This document shows positions 48,671 to 58,467 of a stretch of DNA of 64,000 bases, one piece after another. The stretch is from Candidatus Roizmanbacteria bacterium (GTDB lineage: Bacteria; Patescibacteriota; Microgenomatia; UBA1406). A program made the position numbers and the translations under genes. Each line of letters opens with the position of its first letter. Position 1 is the stretch's first letter. The notes under the pieces were generated by a model. It was not told where the DNA came from, did not search any database, and saw only the letters and a list, made by a program, of their open reading frames with translations. The DNA is taken from NCBI GenBank assembly GCA_024654535.1, contig JANLHL010000038.1, positions 237,299 to 301,298 on the forward strand. Reading direction: 5' to 3'.

Positions 48671-48979
48671 ATGCCAGCAGGTAAGATAAGAGTTCGTTTA
48701 AAAGCATACGATCACAGGCTATTGGAAGATGCCTGTGAGAAGATAGTTGGAGCAGCGGTTAAAACCGGCGGTCGTGTTATAGGACCGATACCTCTCCCTA
48801 CAAAGCGTTCACTAATAGTAGTGAATAGAGCTGCTTTTAAGCATAAAGATAGTAGGGAGTATTTTGAAATTAGGGAGCACAAGCGTCTTATAGATATTGT
48901 GAATCCTACGCTTCAAACTATTGACGCGTTAACTCATCTTGATATACCCTCAGGCATTGACGTAGCAATCAAAATGTAA
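48671..48979 (+). CDS. rpsJ: 30S ribosomal protein S10
   Basis: [24 protein letters not shown]. Confidence 0.97.
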   Translation: MPAGKIRVRLKAYDHRLLEDACEKIVGAAVKTGGRVIGPIPLPTKRSLIVVNRAAFKHKDSREYFEIREHKRLIDIVNPTLQTIDALTHLDIPSGIDVAIKM

Positions 48980-49048
48980 TATAATACGCATGCGTGATAT
49001 ATGTGCGCATGTGATCGCGGTGCATATACATAGATTGGTTTGGTGTAC

Positions 49049-49070
49049 AGACCCAGTCTGGGTCTTTTTT
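49049..49070 (+). terminator. intrinsic terminator-like hairpin between rpsJ and rplC
   Basis: AGACCCA-gtc-TGGGTCT followed by TTTTT. Confidence 0.7.
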
Positions 49071-49081
49071 ATTTGGAAAAT

Positions 49082-49759
49082 ATGAAGTCTTTTATAGTAG
49101 CAAAAAAAAAGAAACAGGAACAAGCGTTTTTGGATAAACGCCGTGTTGTAACGACCTTTTTAAAGGTCATTCCTACGTATGTTGTTGGCTATCATACAGC
49201 AGAGAAAGACGGATATTCAAGCGTAGTATTTGCTTACGGTGAACCAAATAATGATGTTAATAAACCTCAACGTGGTCAGTTAAAAAAAGCGGGGATAGTA
49301 GCCCCGCTTCGTTTTTTGAAAGAGGTAAGGATTCCGAGCTCTCAGACAGTTGTAGAAATATCTGAAGAGGGTAAAAAAGGGGTAAAGGTTGGAGAAAACA
49401 CTTTTATTATTGGTACACAAACGATAGTATCAACCTCTTTTGTAGAAAAAGACACAGTGCGAGTCACTGCGACTTCAAAGGGAAAAGGATTCCAAGGGGT
49501 TGTAAAGCGACATGGTTTTGCTGGAGGTCCTCGAACACATGGTCAGTCCGATCGTGAAAGAGCACCAGGATCTATTGGATCAGGTACGACACCTGGTCGT
49601 ATAAATAAGGGAAAGAGAATGGCGGGGAGAATGGGCTCTGAAACGGTGACACTAAAGGGATTACGTGTTATGAGTTCTTCAGATACAGAGCTCTGTGTTA
49701 AGGGTTTAGTTCCTGGCTCGGTCAATAGTTATGTATTTATAGAGAATACGACGTCATGA
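49082..49759 (+). CDS. rplC: 50S ribosomal protein L3
   Basis: KDGY, SKGKGFQGVVKRHGF, RAPGSIG, KRMAGRMG, KGLVPG. Confidence 0.97.
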   Translation: MKSFIVAKKKKQEQAFLDKRRVVTTFLKVIPTYVVGYHTAEKDGYSSVVFAYGEPNNDVNKPQRGQLKKAGIVAPLRFLKEVRIPSSQTVVEISEEGKKGVKVGENTFIIGTQTIVSTSFVEKDTVRVTATSKGKGFQGVVKRHGFAGGPRTHGQSDRERAPGSIGSGTTPGRINKGKRMAGRMGSETVTLKGLRVMSSSDTELCVKGLVPGSVNSYVFIENTTS

Positions 49760-50388
49760 AAAAAATAATAACAGTACCAGTTCTTGGCGCCAAAGATCAA
49801 TCGGTTACGCTATCGTCAGACATGTTTGAGGTTGCGTGGCCTGCGAAACTTATTGCACAATATGTGCGAATGATTTGGGCAAATACTAAGCGTAATGCAG
49901 GTCTTACGAAAACCCGTTCTGGAGTTAAGGGTTCGACAAGAAAAATTTATAAGCAAAAAGGTACTGGAAGAGCCCGTCACGGAGATATAAAGGCTCCAAT
50001 ATTTGTTGGTGGTGGTGTTGCACATGGCGTAACTAATACGAAACCGAAACTTATAATGCCCAAAAAAATGCGTAGAAAAGCGCTTTTTGCTGCGTTGTCA
50101 AGAAAACGACATGACAAAAAGCTCTTTTTTATTTCACAAACGCTTTTTAATAAACAAACAAAAACTAAAGATGTATTAGTTTCCTTACAGAAACATGTTG
50201 ATCTTTCTAAAACGTTGTTTTTAGTACTTCCACATAACCACGAATCTTATAAGGCATTTGCAAATATAGAAAATATTAAGACAGTATACCCATCTGCAGT
50301 GAATGCATACCGAGTTATGAAATATGAAAAAGTTATATTTACTCCAGAGTCTCTCAATGAATTTACTCAGTTGTTCATAAAAAAATGA
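49756..50388 (+). CDS. rplD: 50S ribosomal protein L4
   Basis: KQKGTGRARHG, FVGGGVAHG. Confidence 0.96.
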   Translation: MKKIITVPVLGAKDQSVTLSSDMFEVAWPAKLIAQYVRMIWANTKRNAGLTKTRSGVKGSTRKIYKQKGTGRARHGDIKAPIFVGGGVAHGVTNTKPKLIMPKKMRRKALFAALSRKRHDKKLFFISQTLFNKQTKTKDVLVSLQKHVDLSKTLFLVLPHNHESYKAFANIENIKTVYPSAVNAYRVMKYEKVIFTPESLNEFTQLFIKK

Positions 50389-50663
50389 TGCGCACTGTAT
50401 TGAAAAAACCACTCATTACTGAAAAAGCAGTTTCTAAGGATAAGGCGTACGTTTTTGAAGTGGACAAAAAAGCTAATAAGGCACAGATAAAGAGAGCTAT
50501 TGAAGCGGTCTATAAAGTGAAGGTTTCAAATATTACTACGTGTGTACAGAAGAATAAAACACACAGAGCCGGGAAACATCGTGTGGTAAAAACATTTCCC
50601 ATTGTCAAAAAAGCATACATTACCTTGAGAGAAGGTGAAATAAGTGACATAAAAGTACAATGA
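50385..50663 (+). CDS. rplW: 50S ribosomal protein L23
   Basis: PLITEKA, ANKAQIKRAIE, KKAYITL. Confidence 0.95.
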   Translation: MMRTVLKKPLITEKAVSKDKAYVFEVDKKANKAQIKRAIEAVYKVKVSNITTCVQKNKTHRAGKHRVVKTFPIVKKAYITLREGEISDIKVQ

Positions 50664-51406
50664 AAACTAGTAAAAACGGGTTAAAAAAGATATTAATAAA
50701 ACATTCGGGCAGAGATAGTAAAGGCCATGTTTCTGTACGTAGTCGTGGTGGAAGACATAAACGATTCTATCGTACAATAGATTGGAAACGTGATAAGCGC
50801 GATAGCTCTGCTGTCGTTAAGGCAATAGAATACGACCCAAATAGATCGTGCAATGTTGCCCTGTTACAGTATGAAGACGGTGAAATGCGATATATTTTGC
50901 ATCCGCTCGAAGTTAAAGTCGGAGATACGTTGTATGCAGGGGATAAGGCATTGATAGAAGCTGGGCATGCTATGCCAGTAGGGAATATACCCATTGGTGT
51001 TCCTATTCATAACGTAGAGCTTCGTGCAGGCGTAGGTGCAGTCATGGTACGCACAGCAGGAGGTCAGGCAACTATTGTTGGAAAAGATGAGAAACATGCG
51101 ATAATAAAGTTTCCATCAGGGGAATTGCGTAAAGTACCACTCACGTGTTATGCTACAATCGGACAGATAGGTAATGAGGGTCGTAAACATGAGAAACTTG
51201 GAAAAGCAGGAAGATCACGTCATTTGGGTATACGCCCGCATGTCCGTGGAGTTGCCATGAATCCAAGTTCGCATCCACACGGTGGTGGAGAAGGTAGAAG
51301 TGGTGAGGGAATGCATCCAAAAACACCATGGGGTAAATCGGCTCGCGGTACAAAGACAAGAAACCGTAAAAAAACGAGTCCATTAATTGTTAAAGGGAGA
51401 AACTAA
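50660..51406 (+). CDS. rplB: 50S ribosomal protein L2 (short N-terminus)
   Basis: [38 protein letters not shown]. Confidence 0.97.
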   Translation: MKTSKNGLKKILIKHSGRDSKGHVSVRSRGGRHKRFYRTIDWKRDKRDSSAVVKAIEYDPNRSCNVALLQYEDGEMRYILHPLEVKVGDTLYAGDKALIEAGHAMPVGNIPIGVPIHNVELRAGVGAVMVRTAGGQATIVGKDEKHAIIKFPSGELRKVPLTCYATIGQIGNEGRKHEKLGKAGRSRHLGIRPHVRGVAMNPSSHPHGGGEGRSGEGMHPKTPWGKSARGTKTRNRKKTSPLIVKGRN

Positions 51407-51690
51407 TGTCGCGTTCACTAAAAAAAGGACCATATATAGATGAAAAATTGATGAAGAAGGTGCTTAAACAGAAAGAGTCTGGTACAAAAGTTGCTATTAC
51501 AACATGGGCTCGTGCGTGCGAGATTCCTCCAGAATTTGTTGGGCACGCATTTAAAGTACACAATGGAAATAAGTTTATAGATGTTTACGTTACAGAGTCT
51601 ATGGTAGGTCATCGTCTGGGCGAGTTTTCACTAACTCGAACTTTTAGAACGCACGGTCGTGTTACAAAACGTATTACTGAAAAAACATAA
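51406..51690 (+). CDS. rpsS: 30S ribosomal protein S19
   Basis: [23 protein letters not shown]. Confidence 0.98.
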   Translation: MSRSLKKGPYIDEKLMKKVLKQKESGTKVAITTWARACEIPPEFVGHAFKVHNGNKFIDVYVTESMVGHRLGEFSLTRTFRTHGRVTKRITEKT

Positions 51691-51692
51691 CA

Positions 51693-52019
51693 ATGGAAAA
51701 AAAAGCAATTGGTAAATATATGAGATTATCAGATAAGAAATTGCGCATGTTTGTTGGTGCATACCGAGGTATGAACGTATCGCAAGCGTTAGAAATATTG
51801 CCAAATGTACACCAAAAAGCTGGTGAATTTTTGATGAGTGTTATTAAAAGTGCACTGAATCAATTTACAACAAAACAGAGTGATAGTTTATATATTAAAA
51901 GCATAGAAATAGATAAAGGACCACTTTTTAAACGTTGGAGACCAGCCTCACGAGGTATGGCAAAAAAATATACAAAAAAAACTGCACACATTTCAGTTGT
52001 TATTAGCGAAAAAAAATAA
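51693..52019 (+). CDS. rplV: 50S ribosomal protein L22
   Basis: DKGPLFKRWRPASRG, TAHISV; operon position. Confidence 0.94.
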   Translation: MEKKAIGKYMRLSDKKLRMFVGAYRGMNVSQALEILPNVHQKAGEFLMSVIKSALNQFTTKQSDSLYIKSIEIDKGPLFKRWRPASRGMAKKYTKKTAHISVVISEKK

Positions 52020-52664
52020 ATGGGAAATAAAGTAAATCCACTAGGATATAGATTAGGCATTCAACATACGTGGAATAGCCGTTGGTTTGTATCTGATAAA
52101 GGTCAGTACAAGAAGTATTTATTGCAGGATCTTATTATAAGAAAGGCACTCATGAGTCAATTTACAAATGCCGGACTTGTTAGTGTTGAAATTGAGAGAA
52201 ACCTATCGGGTATGCGTATCACCATGCACGCTGTACGACCGGGGATTATTATAGGACGTGGCGGTAAAGGATTGGATCAGGTTAAGAAAATGGTACTATC
52301 GCATGTGGGTGCTACGACTAAAGAGGATAAAGATAAATTTAAATTGGATCTTAAAATTGAACAGTACAAAAAACCTTTTTTAAGCGCTCGGTATACTGCT
52401 GAACATGTAGCCGAACGGATAGTGAGAAATTTCTCTCATCGTTCACTAGCGCACAATGTGATCAACAGGGTCATGGAGAGTGGCGCGAAGGGCGTTAAGA
52501 TAGCCTATGCTGGTCGTATTAGAGGTGCAAATATAGCACGTCGTGAAAAGTTTCAACTCGGAAAAGTACCACTTTCTTCAATACGCGAGAACATAGATTT
52601 TGCACATGTACCAGCACTCACGAGAAATGGATACATAGGAATTAAAGTTTGGATTTGTCGATAA
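52020..52664 (+). CDS. rpsC: 30S ribosomal protein S3
   Basis: MGNKVNPLGYRLG, RPGIIIGRGG, GIKVWI. Confidence 0.97.
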   Translation: MGNKVNPLGYRLGIQHTWNSRWFVSDKGQYKKYLLQDLIIRKALMSQFTNAGLVSVEIERNLSGMRITMHAVRPGIIIGRGGKGLDQVKKMVLSHVGATTKEDKDKFKLDLKIEQYKKPFLSARYTAEHVAERIVRNFSHRSLAHNVINRVMESGAKGVKIAYAGRIRGANIARREKFQLGKVPLSSIRENIDFAHVPALTRNGYIGIKVWICR

Positions 52665-52665
52665 T

Positions 52666-53082
52666 ATGTTAGCACCAAAAAAAACAAAACACAGGAAACA
52701 ATTTCGGGGTACTCATAGAAGAATTGCAATAAAGGCGGAAAAGCTTAATTTTGGTGAGTATGGTTTGAAAACAGCAGTGTCTTATTGGATTACCGATAGA
52801 CAACTTGAGGCTATCCGAGTTATTTTGGCTAGAGAAACAAGAAAAATAGGGCGCTATTGGATACGTATTTTTCCTCATAAGCCGTATACTAAGAAACCAC
52901 TTGAAGTTGGCATGGGTTCAGGGAAAGGCGACGTTGCATACTATGTTGCTGCAGTTGCGGCAGGTACTGTGTTAGTTGAGATTTCTGGAGTGGCGTTAAC
53001 TGAAGTAAAAAGGATTTTTAAAAAAGTGACGAGCAAGTTACCAGTTCACACGCGTATAAGTTACCGTAACCACGATGAGTAA
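52666..53082 (+). CDS. rplP: 50S ribosomal protein L16
   Basis: MLAPKKTKHRKQFRG, WIRIFPHKP, MGSGKG, KLP. Confidence 0.97.
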   Translation: MLAPKKTKHRKQFRGTHRRIAIKAEKLNFGEYGLKTAVSYWITDRQLEAIRVILARETRKIGRYWIRIFPHKPYTKKPLEVGMGSGKGDVAYYVAAVAAGTVLVEISGVALTEVKRIFKKVTSKLPVHTRISYRNHDE

Positions 53083-53308
53083 ACAAAAAATAATAACAGC
53101 GGTTGAACTGAGAAAAAAAGATGAAAAATCACTTCTTGCGTTATTGCAAGAAACGTCTCAAAATGATGCAAAAATGATTTTAGATTTGGTTATGGGTAAA
53201 ACAAAAAATACCTGCGGTAGACGGCCCCTGAGTAGGACAATTGCGAGGATTAAAACAGTCCTTGCTGAAAAACAAGACTTTAGATTATTAACAGAAAAAA
53301 AAGTTTAA
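53075..53308 (+). CDS. rpmC: 50S ribosomal protein L29
   Basis: ELRKK, IARIKTVL; position between rplP and rpsQ. Confidence 0.88.
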   Translation: MSKQKIITAVELRKKDEKSLLALLQETSQNDAKMILDLVMGKTKNTCGRRPLSRTIARIKTVLAEKQDFRLLTEKKV

Positions 53309-53316
53309 CGAAAATT

Positions 53317-53556
53317 ATGATAAAAAAACTAACTGGCATTATTGTTTCAACAAGTATGGAAAAAACAGTTGTTGTAAAAGTGGAACGTGTTTTTCGCCAT
53401 CCCTTTTATAAAAAAGTTATCAAACGTCATAGTAAGATAATGGCTCATGCTGAAACAGCATACCAAGTTGGCGATATAGTTGAGATAGAACAAACACGTC
53501 CAGTATCAAAAAATAAGCATTTTGTTGTTGTTAAGAAGTTAGAAATAAAAGAATAA
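53317..53556 (+). CDS. rpsQ: 30S ribosomal protein S17
   Basis: MEKTVVVKVE, HPFYKK, TRPVSKNK. Confidence 0.96.
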   Translation: MIKKLTGIIVSTSMEKTVVVKVERVFRHPFYKKVIKRHSKIMAHAETAYQVGDIVEIEQTRPVSKNKHFVVVKKLEIKE

Positions 53557-53557
53557 T

Positions 53558-53929
53558 ATGTTACAGTTACGATCGAGAATTGTTGTTGCTGACAATTCTG
53601 GGGCAAAAGAGGCAGAACTTATTGGAATACCAGGAAAGGGAAATAGGCTTATTGCTTATCTTGGAATGGTAATTACAGTTGTCGTAAAAAAGGCAGATAC
53701 GGTAGGACAAGTTCGATCTAGTGAGATATCAAAGGCAGTTATTGTCCGTGTTCGTAAAGAGTTTAGACGAACCGACGGCTCTTACATACGTTTTGACGAC
53801 AATGCATGCGTATTACTTGAGGGTGCTACGAAAGATCCACGTGGTACGCGCGTGTTTGGGCCAATATGTCGTGAAGTACGTTTAGCTGGGTTTCAAAAAA
53901 TTGCAAGTCTCGCTACTGAAATTTATTAA
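53558..53929 (+). CDS. rplN: 50S ribosomal protein L14
   Basis: VADNSGAK, DGSYIRFDDNA, GTRVFGP. Confidence 0.98.
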   Translation: MLQLRSRIVVADNSGAKEAELIGIPGKGNRLIAYLGMVITVVVKKADTVGQVRSSEISKAVIVRVRKEFRRTDGSYIRFDDNACVLLEGATKDPRGTRVFGPICREVRLAGFQKIASLATEIY

Positions 53930-53935
53930 TAAAAA

Positions 53936-54250
53936 ATGAAAATAAGAAAAGGTGATACAGTCACAGTTATTAAAGGGAAAAACAAAAGCAAACAGGGTGT
54001 TGTTGAACGGGTTTACAGCGTAAAAAAAACTGTGCTTATTAAAGGAATAAATATGTATAAAAAGCATATAAAAAAATCAGAACAGTTTCCGAACGGAAGT
54101 GTGGTTGAAGTAAACAGACCTGTTGCAATAGGGAATATTATGCTTATATGTCCCTCATGTAAAAAGGCAACAAGAGTTGGATACGAAGTGAATGCGACAA
54201 AAAAACAACGCATATGCCGTAAGTGCAAGAAAATAATCAATACAAAATAA
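53936..54250 (+). CDS. rplX: 50S ribosomal protein L24
   Basis: KIRKGDTVTVIKGK, GINMYKKH, CPSC..CRKC. Confidence 0.96.
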   Translation: MKIRKGDTVTVIKGKNKSKQGVVERVYSVKKTVLIKGINMYKKHIKKSEQFPNGSVVEVNRPVAIGNIMLICPSCKKATRVGYEVNATKKQRICRKCKKIINTK

Positions 54251-54268
54251 AATATTATCAAAATTACT

Positions 54269-54799
54269 ATGAACGATACAGAAAAGAAACAACACATTGA
54301 AACTCTAAAGAAAAAATTTGGGTATAAAAATACGCACGAGTTGCCTAATATTCTTAAAATTATTGTCAATATGGGCCTAAATGATGCTCTAAAAGACAAG
54401 GGAGTCATCGATAAAGGGAGTGAACAACTCACTATTATTACCGGTCAAAAGCCACTGACTACGATTGCTCGAAAATCGATTTCAGCGTTTAAGTTAAGAA
54501 AAGGCGTACCTATTGGTCTAAAAGTGACCCTCAGAGGAAAGCGTATGTTTGATTTTTGGGAAAAACTTGTTAGAATAGTACTTCCTCGTATGAGAGATTT
54601 CAGGGGAATTTCGGCAAAAAGCTTTGATGGCCAAGGGAATCTTAATTTGGGGTTCAAGGAACAAGGTATTTTCCCAGATCTTGATTATGACAAGATGGAT
54701 AGAACGAGAGGAATAGAAATAACGATTGTGACCTCTGCAAAAGTTGATAGCGAGGCAAAAGCGTTTTTAGCAGAAATGGGAATGCCTTTCGAAAAATAA
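54269..54799 (+). CDS. rplE: 50S ribosomal protein L5
   Basis: ITGQKP, FKLRKG, KVTLRG, LPRMRDFRG. Confidence 0.98.
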   Translation: MNDTEKKQHIETLKKKFGYKNTHELPNILKIIVNMGLNDALKDKGVIDKGSEQLTIITGQKPLTTIARKSISAFKLRKGVPIGLKVTLRGKRMFDFWEKLVRIVLPRMRDFRGISAKSFDGQGNLNLGFKEQGIFPDLDYDKMDRTRGIEITIVTSAKVDSEAKAFLAEMGMPFEK

Positions 54800-54808
54800 A
54801 ATATATAT

Positions 54809-54994
54809 ATGGCAAAAACAAGCGACATTGTAAAATTTCTAAAAAAACAAAAGTTTCCGACACGTGAAATGAATAGGTGTCAAATTTGTGGTAGAAATCG
54901 TGGTTATATTAGGCATTTTGGTATGTGCAGAATTTGTTTTAGAAAAGAAGCATTAGCGGGGAATATTCCCGGCGTTATGAAAGCATCATGGTAA
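54809..54994 (+). CDS. rpsN: 30S ribosomal protein S14 (short zinc-binding type)
   Basis: [21 protein letters not shown]. Confidence 0.96.
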   Translation: MAKTSDIVKFLKKQKFPTREMNRCQICGRNRGYIRHFGMCRICFRKEALAGNIPGVMKASW

Positions 54995-55377
54995 AAGGCG
55001 TTATAATAACAGATCCAATTGGAGACATGCTTATTCGCATAAAAAATGCGTATCTAGCAGGAAAAGAGAGCCTTGATTTACCATCGTCAAATGCAAAAGA
55101 ACGAGTAGCTAAAGTTTTAGAAAAACGAGTCATAGTGAAAGCATATAGCATAAAAGGCAGTATCATGACTATCATGCTTAACTTAGAGAGAGACAGAGTA
55201 TTACAAATAAAGCGTTTAAGCACATCGGGAAAGAGAATATATATGGGATACTCTCAATTGTATTCAGTTAAAGGTGGTAGAGGTTTTTTGCTTGTCAATA
55301 CATCGCAGGGAATGATGACTGAAGTAGAGGCAAAAAAGAAAAAGATTGGTGGAGAAGTTTTAGCAGAAATATTTTAA
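54988..55377 (+). CDS. rpsH: 30S ribosomal protein S8
   Basis: [26 protein letters not shown]. Confidence 0.96.
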   Translation: MVKGVIITDPIGDMLIRIKNAYLAGKESLDLPSSNAKERVAKVLEKRVIVKAYSIKGSIMTIMLNLERDRVLQIKRLSTSGKRIYMGYSQLYSVKGGRGFLLVNTSQGMMTEVEAKKKKIGGEVLAEIF

Positions 55378-55378
55378 T

Positions 55379-55924
55379 ATGTCAAAAATAGGACAAAAAA
55401 CAATACCAGTGCCAGAGGGAGTGACAGTAACTATCGACAGCTCTGGTCGTGAGATAACTATTGTTGGACCAAAAGGTACCATGTCTCACGTATTACCGCG
55501 TAAACTAGCTATTGAATTACAAGATCAGGTATTAACCGTGCAAACAAAAGCAGAATCATCAGATGTTGGTGCTTTGCACGGGTTATATCGCTCGATTGTT
55601 GCAAATGCGGTTTCAGGAGTTGTTACACCGTGGAAAAAAACGCTTGAGATACATGGGGTAGGTTTTCGTGCAGCTATGCAGGGAACTGATCTTACTTTAA
55701 AGCTTGGATTTTCTCATGTGGTGACATTTCCAACACCGAGTGAGATTACGATAGAATCAAAAGGAAATAAAATAACTATTGGCGGTTGCGATAAACAGAA
55801 AGTTGGAGAAGTCGCTGCAAAAATCCGATCTATTAAAACTCCAGACAAATATAAGGGAAAAGGTTTACGTTATCACGATGAAATTGTTCGCTTAAAGCCT
55901 GGAAAGAAGGCAAAAGCAGCATAA
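55379..55924 (+). CDS. rplF: 50S ribosomal protein L6
   Basis: MSKIG, GPKG, LGFSH, PDKYKGKG. Confidence 0.97.
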   Translation: MSKIGQKTIPVPEGVTVTIDSSGREITIVGPKGTMSHVLPRKLAIELQDQVLTVQTKAESSDVGALHGLYRSIVANAVSGVVTPWKKTLEIHGVGFRAAMQGTDLTLKLGFSHVVTFPTPSEITIESKGNKITIGGCDKQKVGEVAAKIRSIKTPDKYKGKGLRYHDEIVRLKPGKKAKAA

Positions 55925-55935
55925 AATATATTACT

Positions 55936-56292
55936 ATGAACATTAAAAGCATCCAAAAACAAATACAAAAAAGAAGGGACCGACGTGTTAAAAAAGTACG
56001 TAGAACGATACTCGAATCTCTATCTCAGCCTCGCTTTACTGTCTATAGGAGTGGAAACCATATGTATGCACAAATTATTGATGACATAAAGAGAATAACT
56101 ATTGCTTCTAGCAATGATTTGAAGATAAAGGGGAAAAATATGGAAAATGCGATCATAGTGGGTCGTGAAATTGCTCAGAAGGCAATTGCCAAAAAAGTAA
56201 AGAAAGTCATTTTTGATAGAGGTTGGTACAAGTTTCATGGACGTGTAAAAGCGGTGGCAGATTCAGCCCGTGAAGCAGGATTAGAATTCTAA
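55936..56292 (+). CDS. rplR: 50S ribosomal protein L18
   Basis: YAQIIDD, FDRG..FHGRVKAVADSAREAGLEF. Confidence 0.97.
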   Translation: MNIKSIQKQIQKRRDRRVKKVRRTILESLSQPRFTVYRSGNHMYAQIIDDIKRITIASSNDLKIKGKNMENAIIVGREIAQKAIAKKVKKVIFDRGWYKFHGRVKAVADSAREAGLEF

Positions 56293-56299
56293 ATAAAAT

Positions 56300-56746
56300 A
56301 TGGAAGATCAAAAAAAAGAACTAGGTGAACAAGTATTGACAATTAGAAGAGTCTCTCGAAAGACACCGGGTGGAAACGCGGTTAGCTTTTCGGCACTCGT
56401 TGCTGTTGGTAACCGTAAAGGATCTTTTGGATTGGGATTAGCATCTGCCGCAGAGGTCCCTATTGCTATAAATAAAGCGATACGTTTGGCTAAGAAGAAA
56501 ATGATTAAGCTTGAGCTTGCAGGAACAACTATTCCTTATGATATTGAGGTAAAATTCAAAGCTGCGAAGATATTATTAAAGCCAGCGCCAGTCGGGACAG
56601 GATTGAAAGCAGGTAGTGTCTTGAGACAGATTATGAACCTTGCTGGAATTACAGACGTTTCTGCAAAAATATATGGATCGAATAATAAGATTAATTTGAG
56701 TTTCGCAATGTATCGAGCATTTGAGCGAATGCAGAGAGGAATATAA
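56300..56746 (+). CDS. rpsE: 30S ribosomal protein S5
   Basis: FSALVAVGN, EVPIAINKA, LLKPAPVGTG. Confidence 0.96.
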   Translation: MEDQKKELGEQVLTIRRVSRKTPGGNAVSFSALVAVGNRKGSFGLGLASAAEVPIAINKAIRLAKKKMIKLELAGTTIPYDIEVKFKAAKILLKPAPVGTGLKAGSVLRQIMNLAGITDVSAKIYGSNNKINLSFAMYRAFERMQRGI

Positions 56747-56747
56747 T

Positions 56748-57188
56748 ATGTTTCATTTATTAGTAAAGACAATCAAAAAAGGTAAAAAACGCGTAGGACG
56801 TGGTTGGGGTTCAGGTAAAGGTAAATTTTCAGGTCGTGGTATAAAAGGGCAAACAAAACGGGGGAGTGTACGCGCAAACTTTATTGGAGGCGCTGAAGTG
56901 CTTTCCAAACGTTTGCCTATGTTGAGAGGTAAGGGAAAAAATAAGAGCATACAAAAAAGTATAGGCATTAATATTGAGCGAATAGAACAGTCGAAGGCAA
57001 TAAAAAATAAGAGCGAGATTACGGTGAAGTCACTTATAAAGGCAAAATTGGTATCTGCTAAAATTGCGCGTAGCCACCAAGTGAGGATTTTGGGTAGGGG
57101 TAAATTAACTAAGTCTATTTCCACATCATTGCCAACAACACGAAAAGCAGTTGAAAAAATAAAGAATGCCGGCGGGAAGCTCACTTAA
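56748..57188 (+). CDS. rplO: 50S ribosomal protein L15
   Basis: RVGRGWGSGKGKFSGRGIKGQ, KRLP, ILGRG, IKNAGG. Confidence 0.96.
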   Translation: MFHLLVKTIKKGKKRVGRGWGSGKGKFSGRGIKGQTKRGSVRANFIGGAEVLSKRLPMLRGKGKNKSIQKSIGINIERIEQSKAIKNKSEITVKSLIKAKLVSAKIARSHQVRILGRGKLTKSISTSLPTTRKAVEKIKNAGGKLT

Positions 57189-58467
57189 AACAGTATTTAG
57201 TGACATCTGGCACAACTCGCTTCTTAAGAAGAAGGTTCTCTTTACTCTCGCCATCATAGTTCTGTTTCGCCTTTTTGCCTTTGTTACTATTCCGTCTATT
57301 GATTTAGCACGTTTAAGAGAAGTCTTTGCATCGAATCAGTTTTTAGTTTTGCTCGATATATTTAGCGGTGGAACTTTAGTGAACTTTTCTATACTTGCTA
57401 TAGGGCTAAATCCGTATATAAACGCATCGATAGCACTACAGTTACTGTCTGCCATATATCCTCCACTTGAAGCTTTGTCAAAAGAGGGTGATTACGGTAG
57501 GTTTAAGCTTAATCAATATACTCGTTTTCTAACGCTTCCGATCGCATTCTTGCAGGCAATTGGTATGTATTTCTTTTTGCGCAATCAGGGGATAGTGGGC
57601 GTACTTACCTTTGTGCAGTTGTTGCAGTTTGCCTTGTCACTGACCGCTGGAACGTTTATTTTAGTATGGCTCGGCGAACTTATATCTGAATATGGAGTGG
57701 GGAATGGCGTATCATTTATTATTTTAGCAGGTATTGTGGGTAGATTACCTATCATGCTTTTACAATCGAGTACTACACTGACTCAAGAAAGTATACTGCC
57801 AACATTGCTTGTTGTGGCTATTGGACTTTTGGTTATTTATCTCGTTGTTCTTCTTAATGAAGCGCAGCGAAAAATTCCTATTTTTTACGCAAAGAGAGTT
57901 AGGGGAGGAAAAATGTATGGAGGTGCGACAAACTATTTACCATTGAAACTCAGCCAAGCAGGAGTAATTCCTATAATCTTTGCTGTTTCATTCGTGCTAT
58001 TTCCACAAATGATAGGAAATTTTTTAGTGAGCGCACAAAACAGCACGTTACAGAAAATAGGAGAGTTTTTAACCAGTGTGTTTGCTGCTAATGGAGTTAT
58101 GTACAATAGTATTTATTTTTTGCTCGTTGTTGCATTTACCTTTTTTTATTCTTCTCTTATATTTAGTCCACAGAAAATATCTGAAGAAATTCAAAAATAT
58201 GGAGGTTTTATTCCAGGAATACGTCCAGGTAATGCGACACGTTCCTATTTACAAGCGCTGTTATATAAACTTACATCAGTTGGTGCATTATTTTTAGGAG
58301 CAATTGCGATTTTACCTAATATTCTTGCGTCTATTACGGGTGTCAGTTTATTTTTTATAGGGGGTACAAGCATTCTTATTATCGTTTCTGTCATATTGGA
58401 AACATACCGTATGATTCAGGCAACTATTATGACAGACCGTTATGATCAGTTGCATACGACACTGTGA
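57166..58467 (+). CDS. secY: preprotein translocase subunit SecY
   Basis: FSGG, PYINASI, WLGELISEYGVGNG, AGVIPIIFA, IPGIRPG, GGTSILI. Confidence 0.98.
   Translation: MPAGSSLKTVFSDIWHNSLLKKKVLFTLAIIVLFRLFAFVTIPSIDLARLREVFASNQFLVLLDIFSGGTLVNFSILAIGLNPYINASIALQLLSAIYPPLEALSKEGDYGRFKLNQYTRFLTLPIAFLQAIGMYFFLRNQGIVGVLTFVQLLQFALSLTAGTFILVWLGELISEYGVGNGVSFIILAGIVGRLPIMLLQSSTTLTQESILPTLLVVAIGLLVIYLVVLLNEAQRKIPIFYAKRVRGGKMYGGATNYLPLKLSQAGVIPIIFAVSFVLFPQMIGNFLVSAQNSTLQKIGEFLTSVFAANGVMYNSIYFLLVVAFTFFYSSLIFSPQKISEEIQKYGGFIPGIRPGNATRSYLQALLYKLTSVGALFLGAIAILPNILASITGVSLFFIGGTSILIIVSVILETYRMIQATIMTDRYDQLHTTL

Noticed and set aside
53882-57184. Long antisense ORFs (139 aa at 54013-54432, 143 aa at 56753-57184 and others)
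   Set aside because: Shadow frames of conserved ribosomal protein genes with no recognisable motifs.
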